Shown one piece after another: positions 8,714 to 17,959 of a stretch of DNA of 32,000 bases (its first letter is position 1; each line of letters begins with the position of its first letter). The notes beneath the pieces were generated by a model that saw only the letters and a program-made list of their open reading frames with translations, did no database searches and was not told the DNA's origin. Both the position numbers and the translations under genes were made by a program. Where the stretch lies: NCBI RefSeq assembly GCF_900232105.1, contig NZ_LT934425.1, positions 1,740,001 to 1,772,000 of the forward strand, in the 5' to 3' direction. The DNA is from Candidatus Kuenenia stuttgartensis (GTDB lineage: Bacteria > Planctomycetota > Brocadiia > Brocadiales > Brocadiaceae).

Positions 8714-9625
8714 ATGTGTATGGGGATATACAGAAAAATAAAATGTATCTTGTCGCATACCTTTAACCATACAATTCCGTATTTTTATAAATCAGTTTTT
8801 TACAAAAGATGCACGCATGCAATATGGTTTCCCGCCTTTCTCTGCCTCTTTTTATTCACGAATAGCCTGGCGCCATGCGCTGAATATAAATACACCATCT
8901 ATTTCTATAATCCGGAAACCAATATCAACAATTTTGCCTCACTCAAAAAGGAGTTCGATCTCTACCTTGCCAGATTTGGCGGGTATCAATTTCAACCGTT
9001 TAGTGAACGCGAAATATTTGAAAAACTTATCTCCGAGAAAAAAGACGGTATCTTCATTATTTCAAGCTGGCATTATAAACAACTAAAAGAAAATATTTCT
9101 ATCGAACCAATCCTGGTTGCCGTATCCAAAAATAAATCTACGTGCAGGAGAATTTTTTCAACAAGCAGGATTATTAACGACATAAGCATGTTAAGTGGCA
9201 TGAACGTAGCTTCCGCCAGCAGTGAAGATTACACGAAAAACGTCCTTATTCAAATGTTCGGGGAAAACAAAGGTGCTGTTGCTTCCTCTATAAAAATACT
9301 CTCTGTTCCGAAAGAAATAGACGCATTGATGTCCGTAGGTTTTGGAATGGCAGACGCTGCTGTTACCACAGATAGCAGCCTTGCAAAGCTTTCCGTAATA
9401 AACAGGAAACTGTACGACACATTAAAGCAATTATTGATCAGCAACGAAACATTGCTTCCTATTGTAGCGGTACCAAAACCCCAGGACGAAAATCACAAAA
9501 AACTGGCAAAAATAATTAAAGATATGGAAGCCGCCGTGGAAGGGAAAAACAAACTCAGTATGCTTGGGTTTGACGGATGGAAAATACTCAACGCATCGGA
9601 AAAGGAATACCTGGAAAAACAATGA
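8714..9625 (+). CDS. PhnD-like phosphate/phosphonate-type periplasmic substrate-binding protein
   Basis: YKYTIYFYNPETNINNFASLKKEFDLYLARFGGYQFQPFSEREIFEKLISEKKDGIFIISSWHY...ADAAVTTDSSLAKL...VAVPKPQDENHKKLAKIIKDM resembles the PhnD/SBP superfamily. The start codon at 8714 lacks a clear SD, so the start is uncertain. Confidence 0.65.
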   Translation: MCMGIYRKIKCILSHTFNHTIPYFYKSVFYKRCTHAIWFPAFLCLFLFTNSLAPCAEYKYTIYFYNPETNINNFASLKKEFDLYLARFGGYQFQPFSEREIFEKLISEKKDGIFIISSWHYKQLKENISIEPILVAVSKNKSTCRRIFSTSRIINDISMLSGMNVASASSEDYTKNVLIQMFGENKGAVASSIKILSVPKEIDALMSVGFGMADAAVTTDSSLAKLSVINRKLYDTLKQLLISNETLLPIVAVPKPQDENHKKLAKIIKDMEAAVEGKNKLSMLGFDGWKILNASEKEYLEKQ

Positions 9626-10617
9626 TTAAATACAAAAACAATCTAATAAATAACATCCCGATGCTTGCCGCTATCATGCGCGAACAAGGCAGAAATCGTA
9701 CATTCATGGCATTCTTTTTAATACTATTTTCCTTTCTGTCAGGCTACACAAATACGTCATACCCGGATACCACTGAAAATGTACTCATTATAAATTCAGA
9801 CATATCCATCAAAAACTACTCCCTGGCGCATACGGGATTCAAATCCGTCATTCCACACCCGAAAGGCGAAATAAACCTTGGCAATAAATGGAAAGAGAGG
9901 TCCGAAACAGAGAAAATTATTCGGGAATCTGGTCCGGCTATCATATATTGCATTGGAATTAAGGCATATCTCTTCGCACAGGAAGTGACGAACGATGCCA
10001 CTGTAATATTTTCTTCAATCATAAATTGGAGACGTCTCACCATAAAAGAAAACACCTATGGCATATCCTCCGAACTGCTTCCGAGTATGCAATTGACGAT
10101 GTACCGTTACCTCTTCCCGAAAACAAACAAAATCGGCGTTCTTTATAGTAAGGAATATAATGAAGAATGGATGCAGCAGGCAAGGGAAGACGCCAAAGAT
10201 ATTGGAATCTGCCTTGTTGGAATATCCATAAACAAAAGGACAAACATAACATCTGCCCTGAAAAAACTTCTTAAAAATGTCGACGCCATTTGGCTAACTT
10301 CAGACCCGGTTGTGCTATCAAAAACAGATGCCGTCAGCAATATATTCCAGCAATGCAATGCGGCAAATATTCCTGTGTTTACATACAGCGAGGCATTTAT
10401 TGATGCGGGAGCGACTCTGGTTATTTCTGCTGACATTCCCACTACCGGCAAACAAGCCGCAAGGTTGACGCTCGACCTGCTCTCCCGGCAAGAAAAGATC
10501 GAAAAGGTTAACACCCCTGCCGGTTCACACATAAGCATCAACTTAAAAAAAGTTGCAGAAAATAAATTGATTTTAAACGCAGATGCATTAGATTCAGTGA
10601 ATCAGATTATTCAATAA
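9622..10617 (+). CDS. ABC transporter substrate-binding protein (ABC_sub_bind/TrpX-like)
   Basis: NKIGVLYSKEYNEEWMQQAREDAKDIGICLVGISINKRTNITSALKKLLKNVDAIWLTSDPVVLS...IPVFTYSEAFIDAGATLVISADIPTTGKQAARLTLDLL. ATGA overlap with the preceding gene at 9622..9625. Confidence 0.75.
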   Translation: MIKYKNNLINNIPMLAAIMREQGRNRTFMAFFLILFSFLSGYTNTSYPDTTENVLIINSDISIKNYSLAHTGFKSVIPHPKGEINLGNKWKERSETEKIIRESGPAIIYCIGIKAYLFAQEVTNDATVIFSSIINWRRLTIKENTYGISSELLPSMQLTMYRYLFPKTNKIGVLYSKEYNEEWMQQAREDAKDIGICLVGISINKRTNITSALKKLLKNVDAIWLTSDPVVLSKTDAVSNIFQQCNAANIPVFTYSEAFIDAGATLVISADIPTTGKQAARLTLDLLSRQEKIEKVNTPAGSHISINLKKVAENKLILNADALDSVNQIIQ

Positions 10618-10916
10618 AACAGGGATTTTGCGGTGAATGCAACCCCTTTGTTTTTAAAAAATCCATCCATGCGTTAACCTCACGCTGACGTCGGTTTTTT
10701 ACGAATGTCTCCGAACTAAATCAGAGACACACGGCTATGGGTCTGTATAATGGATGTGAAACGTGTTCCCGGCGCAGGATCAGGAATGTGTGTTCTAATC
10801 ATAAAAATTGAAATTTTTTTAAAAAGACTAAAATGTTACTAAAAATCGTATTTTCTTATGCATGGTGATCCGCTTTTAATACGTCTTCAGCGTTACCTGA
10901 TACCACAATAAAACAC

Positions 10917-10945
10917 TTGCAATAAAATTCATAGTTTAGTATATT
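10917..10945 (+). promoter_or_regulatory. Predicted sigma70 promoter for the cmk-rpsA cluster
   Basis: TTGCAA-N17-TATATT, about 65 nt upstream of the cmk start. Confidence 0.45.
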
Positions 10946-11008
10946 TGAAATTTCTCACCTTATGAGAATCGACATGGAGATTTCAGTGAATATACCGGGG
11001 AGGTTCGC

Positions 11009-11680
11009 TTGATAATAGCGATTGACGGGCCTGCCGGATCCGGCAAAAGTACGGTTGCAAAGACATTGGCAAAACACCTGGGTATTCGTTATCTTGACAC
11101 GGGCGCCATGTATCGGGCATTAACATGGAAGGCTATGCAACATAATGTAAACCTCGATGATGAAAATGCTTTATGCAGGATTATGGAACAGACACAGATT
11201 TATTTTGAGAGTGAAGAAAAAGGGTTACAGGTATTTGTAGATGGCAGAAATGTAACCAAAGAAATTCGCTCACCATCGGTTACAAACAACACGCATCATA
11301 TATCAGGCAAACCTGGCGTTAGGGCGATGCTGGTAAATCTGCAGAGAAAAATTGCCTCAAAAGGAAATACCGTTGCGGAGGGAAGAGACATCGGAACGGT
11401 TGTATTTCCTCAAGCGGAAAAAAAGTTTTTTCTTGACGCCAGAATAGAAATACGGGCCAAAAGACGTTTTCGCGAGAGAGAAACGCCGGACAACGAAAAC
11501 TCGCTCGATAGTGTAATAAGAGAAATAGCATTACGCGACCAGCGTGACACAACAAGAAAGGATTCTCCTTTAAAAATCAGCGACGATTCAATTTACATTG
11601 ATACGACAAATTTAACGTTAAACGAGGTGATTCACAGAATTATAAAAGAAGTGAATCCCCTTATAAAAAATAAAGTGTGA
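11009..11680 (+). CDS. cmk: Cytidylate kinase
   Basis: MIIAIDGPAGSGKSTVAKTLAKHLGIRYLDTGAMYRALTWKA and GRDIGTVVFPQAEKKFFLDA. TTG start with upstream SD GGGGAGG. Confidence 0.95.
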   Translation: MIIAIDGPAGSGKSTVAKTLAKHLGIRYLDTGAMYRALTWKAMQHNVNLDDENALCRIMEQTQIYFESEEKGLQVFVDGRNVTKEIRSPSVTNNTHHISGKPGVRAMLVNLQRKIASKGNTVAEGRDIGTVVFPQAEKKFFLDARIEIRAKRRFRERETPDNENSLDSVIREIALRDQRDTTRKDSPLKISDDSIYIDTTNLTLNEVIHRIIKEVNPLIKNKV

Positions 11681-11736
11681 TTTATTTTATTTCTTTTGTC
11701 CCTTTTTCATTTTTATTTCGGAGAAGTTATTAAATT

Positions 11737-13491
11737 ATGGGTCTTGAAACTTTAAAACGTGATTATTTAAAGGAATATAATGTTAATGTAGCAGATATAG
11801 AAAATGACGTGGAATCAGTAATGGCAACAGAAGATGCCATGGAGAACGTACAGTCCGCTTATTATGATTCTGTCCTGCATTTTGAGGTCAACTCGATTCT
11901 AAAAGGCCGCATCATCAGTTCTATCGGCGATAACGTAATCATAGATTGCGGTTATAAATCCGAGGGCATGGTGCCCAAATACGAGTTCGACGACCCTTCC
12001 GAAATAAGAATTGGCGAAGAAATTGAAGTTTTATTAGAAGCAGTTGAAGACGATTCCGGACTCATAAAATTATCAAAACGCAAGGCCGACCGCATTCGTG
12101 GCTGGGAAACAGTTATTGCAAAATATAAAGAAGGGGACATTATTACCGGGCGTATTATTCGTAAGATAAAAGGAGGGCTGCTTGTAGATATTGGGGTACC
12201 TATTTTCCTGCCTGCCTCGCAAATTGACGTAAAACCACCGGGAGATATAGCACAATATGTTGGACAGGAACTTACCTGCAGAATTCTTAAAATTGACGAA
12301 GAACGGCAAAATATCGTTGTTTCACGAAGGAAACTGATTGAAGAAGAGCGGGAGAAAAAGAAAAAACTATTATTAATGGAAATAGAAGCAGGACAGACAA
12401 GAAAGGGCGTTGTGAAGAACATTGCCGATTTCGGCGCTTTTATCGATTTGGGTGGCATGGATGGACTGCTACATATTACGGACATGAGCTGGGGCAGGAT
12501 AAGCCATCCATCAGAAATGCTTGCGATTGACGATGAAGTTGAGGTAAAAATACTCGATGTTGACAAAGAAAAGGAAAAAGTGGCTTTAGGGCTAAAACAA
12601 AAAACCGATAATCCATGGTTTAACATAGAGGAAAAATATCCAGTTGGTTCCAGGGTAAAAGGCCAGGTAGTTAATATCATGTCCTATGGGGCATTTGTTA
12701 AATTGGAGACTGGAATAGAAGGTCTTGTACATATTTCAGAAATGTCGTGGACACGTCGTATCAACCATCCTTCTGAGATTGTTGCCATCGGGGACATGGT
12801 AGAGGTAGTAGTGCTTAAAATCGATAGAGAAAAAGAAGAAATATCTTTAAGCATTAAACAAACAGAGGTCAATCCATGGACAATAATCGAGGAAAAATAC
12901 CCGGCAGGAACGAAGATTAAAGGGCGGGTACGTAATCTGACAAACTATGGGGCATTTATAGAAATTGAAGAAGGCGTTGACGGTTTATTGCACATTTCCG
13001 ATATGTCTTGGGCTAAAAAGGTGGCACATCCTTCAGAAATTGTTAAAAAGGGCGACAAAATAGAGGCGGTTGTTCTCTCTGTCGACAGGGAAAAGAAACG
13101 TGTTGCGCTTGGATTAAAGCAACTGCAAGACGATCCGTGGGAGAAAGAAATTCCTGAAAAATATAAGGTTGGCGATATTGTGAAAGGACACGTAACGAAA
13201 CTCGCAAATTTTGGAGCCTTTTTAGAACTAGGACAAGGAATTGAAGGATTATTACATGTTTCCGAATTTTCAGATAAAAAAATCAGCAACCCTGCCGATG
13301 CGGTAAATGTAGGAGACGAACTAGAGGTGAAAGTAATTCGCATTGAGCCTGAAGCAAGAAAAATCGGTCTTAGTTTGAAGAAAATAGCGGCGCATCCTGA
13401 GGAAAAAAATAACTCTTCCGATAACTCTTCATCAGAAAAAGTAGTTCAAGAAGAAAAGGCGGAACCTTCCAGTGTCGTTGAATCCATTTAA
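11737..13491 (+). CDS. rpsA: Ribosomal protein S1 (30S bS1), six S1 domains
   Basis: Repeated S1/OB motifs, e.g. GVVKNIADFGAFIDLGGMDGLLHITDMSW, GQVVNIMSYGAFVKLETGIEGLVHISEMSW, GRVRNLTNYGAFIEIEEGVDGLLHISDMSW. Adjacent to cmk as in many bacteria. Confidence 0.95.
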   Translation: MGLETLKRDYLKEYNVNVADIENDVESVMATEDAMENVQSAYYDSVLHFEVNSILKGRIISSIGDNVIIDCGYKSEGMVPKYEFDDPSEIRIGEEIEVLLEAVEDDSGLIKLSKRKADRIRGWETVIAKYKEGDIITGRIIRKIKGGLLVDIGVPIFLPASQIDVKPPGDIAQYVGQELTCRILKIDEERQNIVVSRRKLIEEEREKKKKLLLMEIEAGQTRKGVVKNIADFGAFIDLGGMDGLLHITDMSWGRISHPSEMLAIDDEVEVKILDVDKEKEKVALGLKQKTDNPWFNIEEKYPVGSRVKGQVVNIMSYGAFVKLETGIEGLVHISEMSWTRRINHPSEIVAIGDMVEVVVLKIDREKEEISLSIKQTEVNPWTIIEEKYPAGTKIKGRVRNLTNYGAFIEIEEGVDGLLHISDMSWAKKVAHPSEIVKKGDKIEAVVLSVDREKKRVALGLKQLQDDPWEKEIPEKYKVGDIVKGHVTKLANFGAFLELGQGIEGLLHVSEFSDKKISNPADAVNVGDELEVKVIRIEPEARKIGLSLKKIAAHPEEKNNSSDNSSSEKVVQEEKAEPSSVVESI

Positions 13492-13557
13492 ATACAAGGA
13501 GATGGCACTACGGACTCTGCATTACAAGCCTACTTAAAAGAAATACAGAATATCCCT

Positions 13558-14328
13558 TTGCTTACTTTTGAAGAGGAACTGGAAATTGCCAGGAAAGTAG
13601 CAAAGGGCGATGCAGAAGCGCGGGAAAAACTAATAAAGGCAAACTTACGGCTGGTGGTAAGCATTGCAAAGGAATTTGTGAATCGCGGGTTTTCCTTTCT
13701 TGACCTCATAGAAGAAGGCAATCTGGGACTTATACGCGCCGTTGAGGATTTTGATATAACAACTGGCAATAGGTTCAGCACTTACGCTACTTGGTGGATT
13801 AAACAGGCAATTCGACGAGCTATTGCAAACAAGGCACGTATAATACGCATTCCCTCTTATATGCTGCAAAGAATTTCACAGATGAAACATGCCTCTTCCG
13901 GTTTGCTGAAAAAACACGAAAGATCGCCAAGCGAGCAAGAAATAGCAGCGGAAATTGACATCACTGCGCAAAATGTGAAAAACATCGAACTTTCCCTCCA
14001 GTCGATGACTTCTCTCGATGCTCCACTCGTTTCCGGCGCTGACATTATCTGGGCGTTAAGCGATATTACCCCAAACGGGAAAACGCTTCCTCCGGAAGAA
14101 GGACTGGAGGAGACGTATGAAAAAGAAACACTTAAAAAACTTTTGGATACCCTTGATAAACGTGCGGCAACGGTCATAACAATGCGCTACGGACTGGTTG
14201 ACGGAGAGTCAAGAACACTGGAAGACATAAGCAAAATACTTAAAATAAGCCGGGAGCGTGTACGGCAGATCGAAAAAGAAACGATTCAAAAATTACACTA
14301 TCTCATAACAAAAGAGGAAGATTCATAA
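13558..14328 (+). CDS. RNA polymerase sigma-70 family factor (RpoD/SigA-type lacking region 1.1)
   Basis: Regions 2-4: [62 protein letters not shown]...[17 protein letters not shown]. Coordinates follow the called TTG start, but conserved region 1.2 ([24 protein letters not shown]) extends in frame upstream to at least 13513. See findings. Confidence 0.93.
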   Translation: MLTFEEELEIARKVAKGDAEAREKLIKANLRLVVSIAKEFVNRGFSFLDLIEEGNLGLIRAVEDFDITTGNRFSTYATWWIKQAIRRAIANKARIIRIPSYMLQRISQMKHASSGLLKKHERSPSEQEIAAEIDITAQNVKNIELSLQSMTSLDAPLVSGADIIWALSDITPNGKTLPPEEGLEETYEKETLKKLLDTLDKRAATVITMRYGLVDGESRTLEDISKILKISRERVRQIEKETIQKLHYLITKEEDS

Positions 14329-14843
14329 TGGAATATTTAAAAAAATTAATTCGCGATGTACCGGATTTCCCGAAAGTGGGAGTACTATTTAAAGACATAA
14401 CGCCTCTTCTTCAAGACGCAAAGGGTTTGAAAGATTCGATAGCGTGTATTGCCAGCTACGTTGAAAACAAAAAAATAGATATTGTTGTCGGCGCGGAGGC
14501 GAGAGGCTTCATACTAGCGACAACGGTTGCTTTTTCAATCGGTACAGGTTTTGTTCCCATCAGAAAACCAGGGAAGCTTCCCTATGAAAAAGCAAGCATG
14601 ACGTACAACCTTGAATACGGGACAGATACACTGGAAATACACAAAGATGGTATTAAAAAGGGACAACAGGTTCTCATGGTAGATGATCTTTTGGCTACTG
14701 GTGGCACAATGAATGCATGTTGCAAGCTGGTTGAGTCGCTTGGCGGCAATATTGTTGGTTGTGCTTTTTTAATTGAATTAGGTTTTTTGAACGGAAGGGA
14801 TATCTTGAGTAAATATGACCTGTTTTCATTAATAAAATACTGA
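14328..14843 (+). CDS. apt: Adenine phosphoribosyltransferase
   Basis: RDVPDFPKVGVLFKDITPLLQDAKG, GAEARGFILATTVAFSIGTGFVPIRKPGKLP, VLMVDDLLATGGTMNACCKLVE (PRPP-binding motif). TAATG overlap with the sigma factor gene. Confidence 0.95.
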   Translation: MEYLKKLIRDVPDFPKVGVLFKDITPLLQDAKGLKDSIACIASYVENKKIDIVVGAEARGFILATTVAFSIGTGFVPIRKPGKLPYEKASMTYNLEYGTDTLEIHKDGIKKGQQVLMVDDLLATGGTMNACCKLVESLGGNIVGCAFLIELGFLNGRDILSKYDLFSLIKY

Positions 14844-14929
14844 TATCATTACAATTGATTTGCGTACAAAGCCGCAACCCGACGTAATTTAACAGTAAAA
14901 TAGTTTCATGCCAGTGTACGTGAAAATTA

Positions 14930-14952
14930 CCGGCAAAGAATTGCATTGCCGG
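14930..14952. other. Hairpin CCGGCAA-N9-TTGCCGG downstream of apt
   Basis: Perfect 7-bp inverted repeat in the intergenic region; no adjacent T-run. Confidence 0.3.
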
Positions 14953-15031
14953 AAAAGCCTTGCAATAAGTTATAATTTAAAACTTATATACAAATTTATA
15001 TTTCTAAAATCAAATGCAGTGACTATAACAG

Positions 15032-15190
15032 TTAGCGCTTGCTTCCCGACAACCTGCCAAAATAAAACATTACGACCCCGATAAACAGCATAATCATTTC
15101 CATTTTCATAGAATCTTTTACTATTCCAAAATAAAGTGCATGTAATGCCACAATAATTCCTGCTATCTGCAAAATCCTTGAAAAATCCAT
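15032..15190 (-). CDS. Small membrane protein, hypothetical
   Basis: MDFSRILQIAGIIVALHALYFGIVKDSMKMEMIMLFIGVVMFYFGRLSGSKR, two hydrophobic helices. Confidence 0.45.
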   Translation of the reverse strand: MDFSRILQIAGIIVALHALYFGIVKDSMKMEMIMLFIGVVMFYFGRLSGSKR

Positions 15191-15290
15191 TCTAACGGTC
15201 TCCGTGCTAAGTGTCACCAAACACATCTAAACTATTACCTGCAATACCTCCACGAAATGAACAAATGTTTTTTATTAAGCACACCACGCC

Positions 15291-16778
15291 TTACTTCATA
15301 TTTTCCGCTATTTCAATCGCCAGCATCATCCCCTTTGCCTTATTTACCGTTTCATCAAACTCCTTTTCCGGTATTGAATCTGCAACGATTCCTGCTCCAG
15401 CCTGAATATACGCATGTTTATTCTTTAACACTATCGTTCGGATTGTAATGCATGTATTTATATTACCGAAGAAATCAAAATACCCTACAGCGCCACCATA
15501 CGGCCCTCTTTTAGTAGGTTCCAGTTCGTCGATAATCTGCATTGCCCTAATCTTCGGAGCGCCGGAAAGTGTCCCCGCCGGCAAGCATGTCCTTAAAGCA
15601 TCAAATGCACTTTTACTATCGTCTAGTTCGCCGCAAATACTCGAGGTAATGTGCATTACATGTGAATATTTCTCGATGACCATTTTTTCTTCGATGCGAA
15701 CAGTATTGTAACGGGAAACTCTCCCAACATCATTCCTTCCTAAATCAAGAAGCATTATATGCTCCGCTCTTTCTTTGGGATCTTCAATTAATTCACCAGC
15801 AAGCTTCTCATCTTCATCATCAGACAGTCCTCTTTTTCTGGTACCTGCAATAGGCCGTACGATAACTTTTTTACCATCTACCTTTACCATTACTTCGGGA
15901 GAAGACCCTATAAAATATAAATCATCCATTTTAAAATAAAACATATATGGAGAAGGATTGATTACCCGCAACACCCTGTAAATATTAAAAGGTTCCGCCT
16001 CGGTCTCAGTCTTAAATCTCTGTGAAATTACCACTTGAAAAATATCTCCTGCACGAATGTATTCTTTGCATCGGTCAACTACAGATAAAAAATCTTTTCT
16101 TTCAAAATTTGAACAAAAAGACCGGCTCGTTTCTTTATCAGTCGTTATATCATCGCTTAACGACATGACAGGCGTTCTCAGCTTTTCAATAACACAATCA
16201 ATTCTCTTGATAGATTCTTTATACAAATCTTCCAACTCGTTATTATCTACATATGCAGAACAGACAATCTTTATTGTTTTTGTCAAATGGTCAAAAACAA
16301 TAATTGTGTCATAAAATAAAATCCTGATATCTGCCAGAAAAAGATCATCTTTAGGCATATCGGGCAAGGTTTCATAATAACGAATCACATCGTAACCGAT
16401 GTATCCCACTGCACAGCAAAAGAAATCAGGAAGTTCTTTTATTTTTACAGGACGTAACCTACTCATCTCTCCTTCAAGAATAGCCAGGGGGTCTGTTGTT
16501 TGAATTTTTTCATTATTTCCATTTTTCCTCAAAATTTCTACATTCGTACCCATCGAAGTAAATTCAAGAAATGGGTCAGACCCAAGGATGGAATATCTCG
16601 AAATTTTTTCTCCGCCGGCAGCACTTTCAAGTAAAAAGGCATGTTTAGAATCTGATAATTTTTGAAATGCAGAAACAGGGGTAAGTGCGTCCGCAAACAG
16701 TTGTCTGTATACCGGCACAATATTGTTGGCCGAGGCAAGTTGTTTAAACTCTTCCAGGGAAGGATAGTAATTATTCAT
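15291..16778 (-). CDS. trpE: Anthranilate synthase component I
   Basis: Chorismate-binding signatures RAGDIFQVVISQRF, PSPYMFYF, GTLSGAPKIRAMQIIDELEPTKRGPYGGAVGYFDFFGNINTCITIRT, ARAGAG-like IQAGAGIVADS. Confidence 0.96.
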   Translation of the reverse strand: MNNYYPSLEEFKQLASANNIVPVYRQLFADALTPVSAFQKLSDSKHAFLLESAAGGEKISRYSILGSDPFLEFTSMGTNVEILRKNGNNEKIQTTDPLAILEGEMSRLRPVKIKELPDFFCCAVGYIGYDVIRYYETLPDMPKDDLFLADIRILFYDTIIVFDHLTKTIKIVCSAYVDNNELEDLYKESIKRIDCVIEKLRTPVMSLSDDITTDKETSRSFCSNFERKDFLSVVDRCKEYIRAGDIFQVVISQRFKTETEAEPFNIYRVLRVINPSPYMFYFKMDDLYFIGSSPEVMVKVDGKKVIVRPIAGTRKRGLSDDEDEKLAGELIEDPKERAEHIMLLDLGRNDVGRVSRYNTVRIEEKMVIEKYSHVMHITSSICGELDDSKSAFDALRTCLPAGTLSGAPKIRAMQIIDELEPTKRGPYGGAVGYFDFFGNINTCITIRTIVLKNKHAYIQAGAGIVADSIPEKEFDETVNKAKGMMLAIEIAENMK

Positions 16779-16794
16779 GTATTAAAAATTCTAG

Positions 16795-17775
16795 TTAAAC
16801 AGAAAAAATCTCCGACTCTATATCTTCAACATAACTGTAAACTAATATACCTGAGTCTTTTGCAAATTCCATAGCCTTTTTATCTACCATTGGCGAGATC
16901 ACAATAAGCTTCCGGGCCTTTCTGTTATGTTTTTTCTGATAGAAATCTACTTTTTTCTGAAATATATACATATCTGATTTGCTAATAGATGACTTTATCT
17001 CACATATCATAAAATGCCCGTTTTTTATCACTAAATCTAATTCTATCTGTTCAGGACGTCCAAAAATTATCCCTTCCTCATCATATTCAATGACATTAAT
17101 TACATCTAATCCGGAAACCTCTCTCAATATTCCCTTCAAGGCATTCCTGAATGATTGTTCAGTCCTTAATCCCCACCGGGCGCCTAATGCGCCGATAGTG
17201 CTGTCATATTTCCGGTCCATCTTTTTGATAGATTCCATGATATCGCGAATAACCTTCTGGTTTTCTTCCCATTTACTTTCCTGTTTGTCCCACCGTTCAG
17301 CCTGCTCCTGCCAGCGCTGATCTTGTTTTTTCCACTTCTCTATCTGTTCCTGCCAGCGCTTATCTTGCTCTTCCCACTTCTCAGCCTGCTCCCACCAGCG
17401 TTTATCTTGTTCCTTCCGCTGCTCAGTCTGTTCCTGCCAGCGTTTATCTTGCTCTTCCCACTTCTCAGCCTGTTCCCACCAGCGTTTATCTTGTTCCTTC
17501 CGCTGCTCAGTCTGTTCCTGCCAGCGTTTGTCTTGTTCTTTCCACTTCTCAGCCTGCTCCCACCACCGATTGGTATCCTCCAACCATTTCCTGTTTTGTG
17601 TCTCTCTGTCTTCTGCAAGCTCTCTCAGTATCTTGTCAAACCGGTCTTCTGTCGTATCTTTGCCAGCAAAACATTCTTTAGAAATATGCAAGATAAAATC
17701 TTGTATCTCTTTGTCATGTTTAATAATATCCGGCAGTTCTTTGAGGATTATCTCGCGGATTTCTTTGGTTTTCAT
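16795..17775 (-). CDS. Coiled-coil repeat protein with a DUF3782/PD-(D/E)XK nuclease-like C-terminus
   Basis: W/E/Q/K/R-rich heptad-like repeats, then GALGARWGLRTEQSFRNALKGIL...QIELDLVIKNGHFMICEIKSSISKSDMYIFQKKVDFY (E..D..ExK pattern). Confidence 0.75.
   Translation of the reverse strand: MKTKEIREIILKELPDIIKHDKEIQDFILHISKECFAGKDTTEDRFDKILRELAEDRETQNRKWLEDTNRWWEQAEKWKEQDKRWQEQTEQRKEQDKRWWEQAEKWEEQDKRWQEQTEQRKEQDKRWWEQAEKWEEQDKRWQEQIEKWKKQDQRWQEQAERWDKQESKWEENQKVIRDIMESIKKMDRKYDSTIGALGARWGLRTEQSFRNALKGILREVSGLDVINVIEYDEEGIIFGRPEQIELDLVIKNGHFMICEIKSSISKSDMYIFQKKVDFYQKKHNRKARKLIVISPMVDKKAMEFAKDSGILVYSYVEDIESEIFSV
17272..17565 (-). repeat. Coding tandem repeat, seven 14-aa (42-nt) units in a partly 28-aa higher-order pattern
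   Basis: WWEQAEKWKEQDKR / WQEQTEQRKEQDKR / WWEQAEKWEEQDKR / WQEQTEQRKEQDKR / WWEQAEKWEEQDKR / WQEQIEKWKKQDQR / WQEQAERWDKQESK, also visible as repeated DNA. Confidence 0.9.
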
Positions 17776-17880
17776 AATAAATACTCAAAATATTAGTTAA
17801 CTCATTTGACTTACAGAAAATTTAAAGTTGTAGTAACGGTTAAATAAAAGTTTAACGGATTTTTGACCTTTTTCCATGCA

Positions 17881-17914
17881 AAAAAAATGGGTGTTGCCTC
17901 AGCAACACCCATTT
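17881..17914 (-). terminator. Rho-independent terminator for the porin gene
   Basis: Perfect 13-bp stem AAATGGGTGTTGC-CTCA-GCAACACCCATTT. On the minus strand it continues into a T-run. Confidence 0.9.
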
Positions 17915-17959
17915 CCAACCTATTTCATCAATACAAATATTCAAGCAAACACTACAGTA

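Noticed and set aside
11952-12680. 242-aa minus-strand ORF opposite rpsA
   Set aside because: Entirely antisense to a confidently identified rpsA. The serine/proline-rich low-complexity translation is typical of a shadow ORF.
12945-13343. 132-aa minus-strand ORF opposite rpsA
   Set aside because: Same reasoning: antisense shadow of conserved S1 domains.
17272-17565. CRISPR-like array
   Set aside because: Repeats are contiguous, in frame and coding, with no unique spacers.
17323-17796. 157-aa plus-strand ORF rich in LFLPLLSLFLPAFI repeats that looks like a repetitive membrane protein
   Set aside because: It is the reverse-strand reading of the 42-nt coiled-coil repeats. Periodicity is inherited from the real gene, which has a recognisable C-terminal domain.
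17528-17800. Further plus-strand ORF over the repeat gene
   Set aside because: Shadow ORF with no independent signal.
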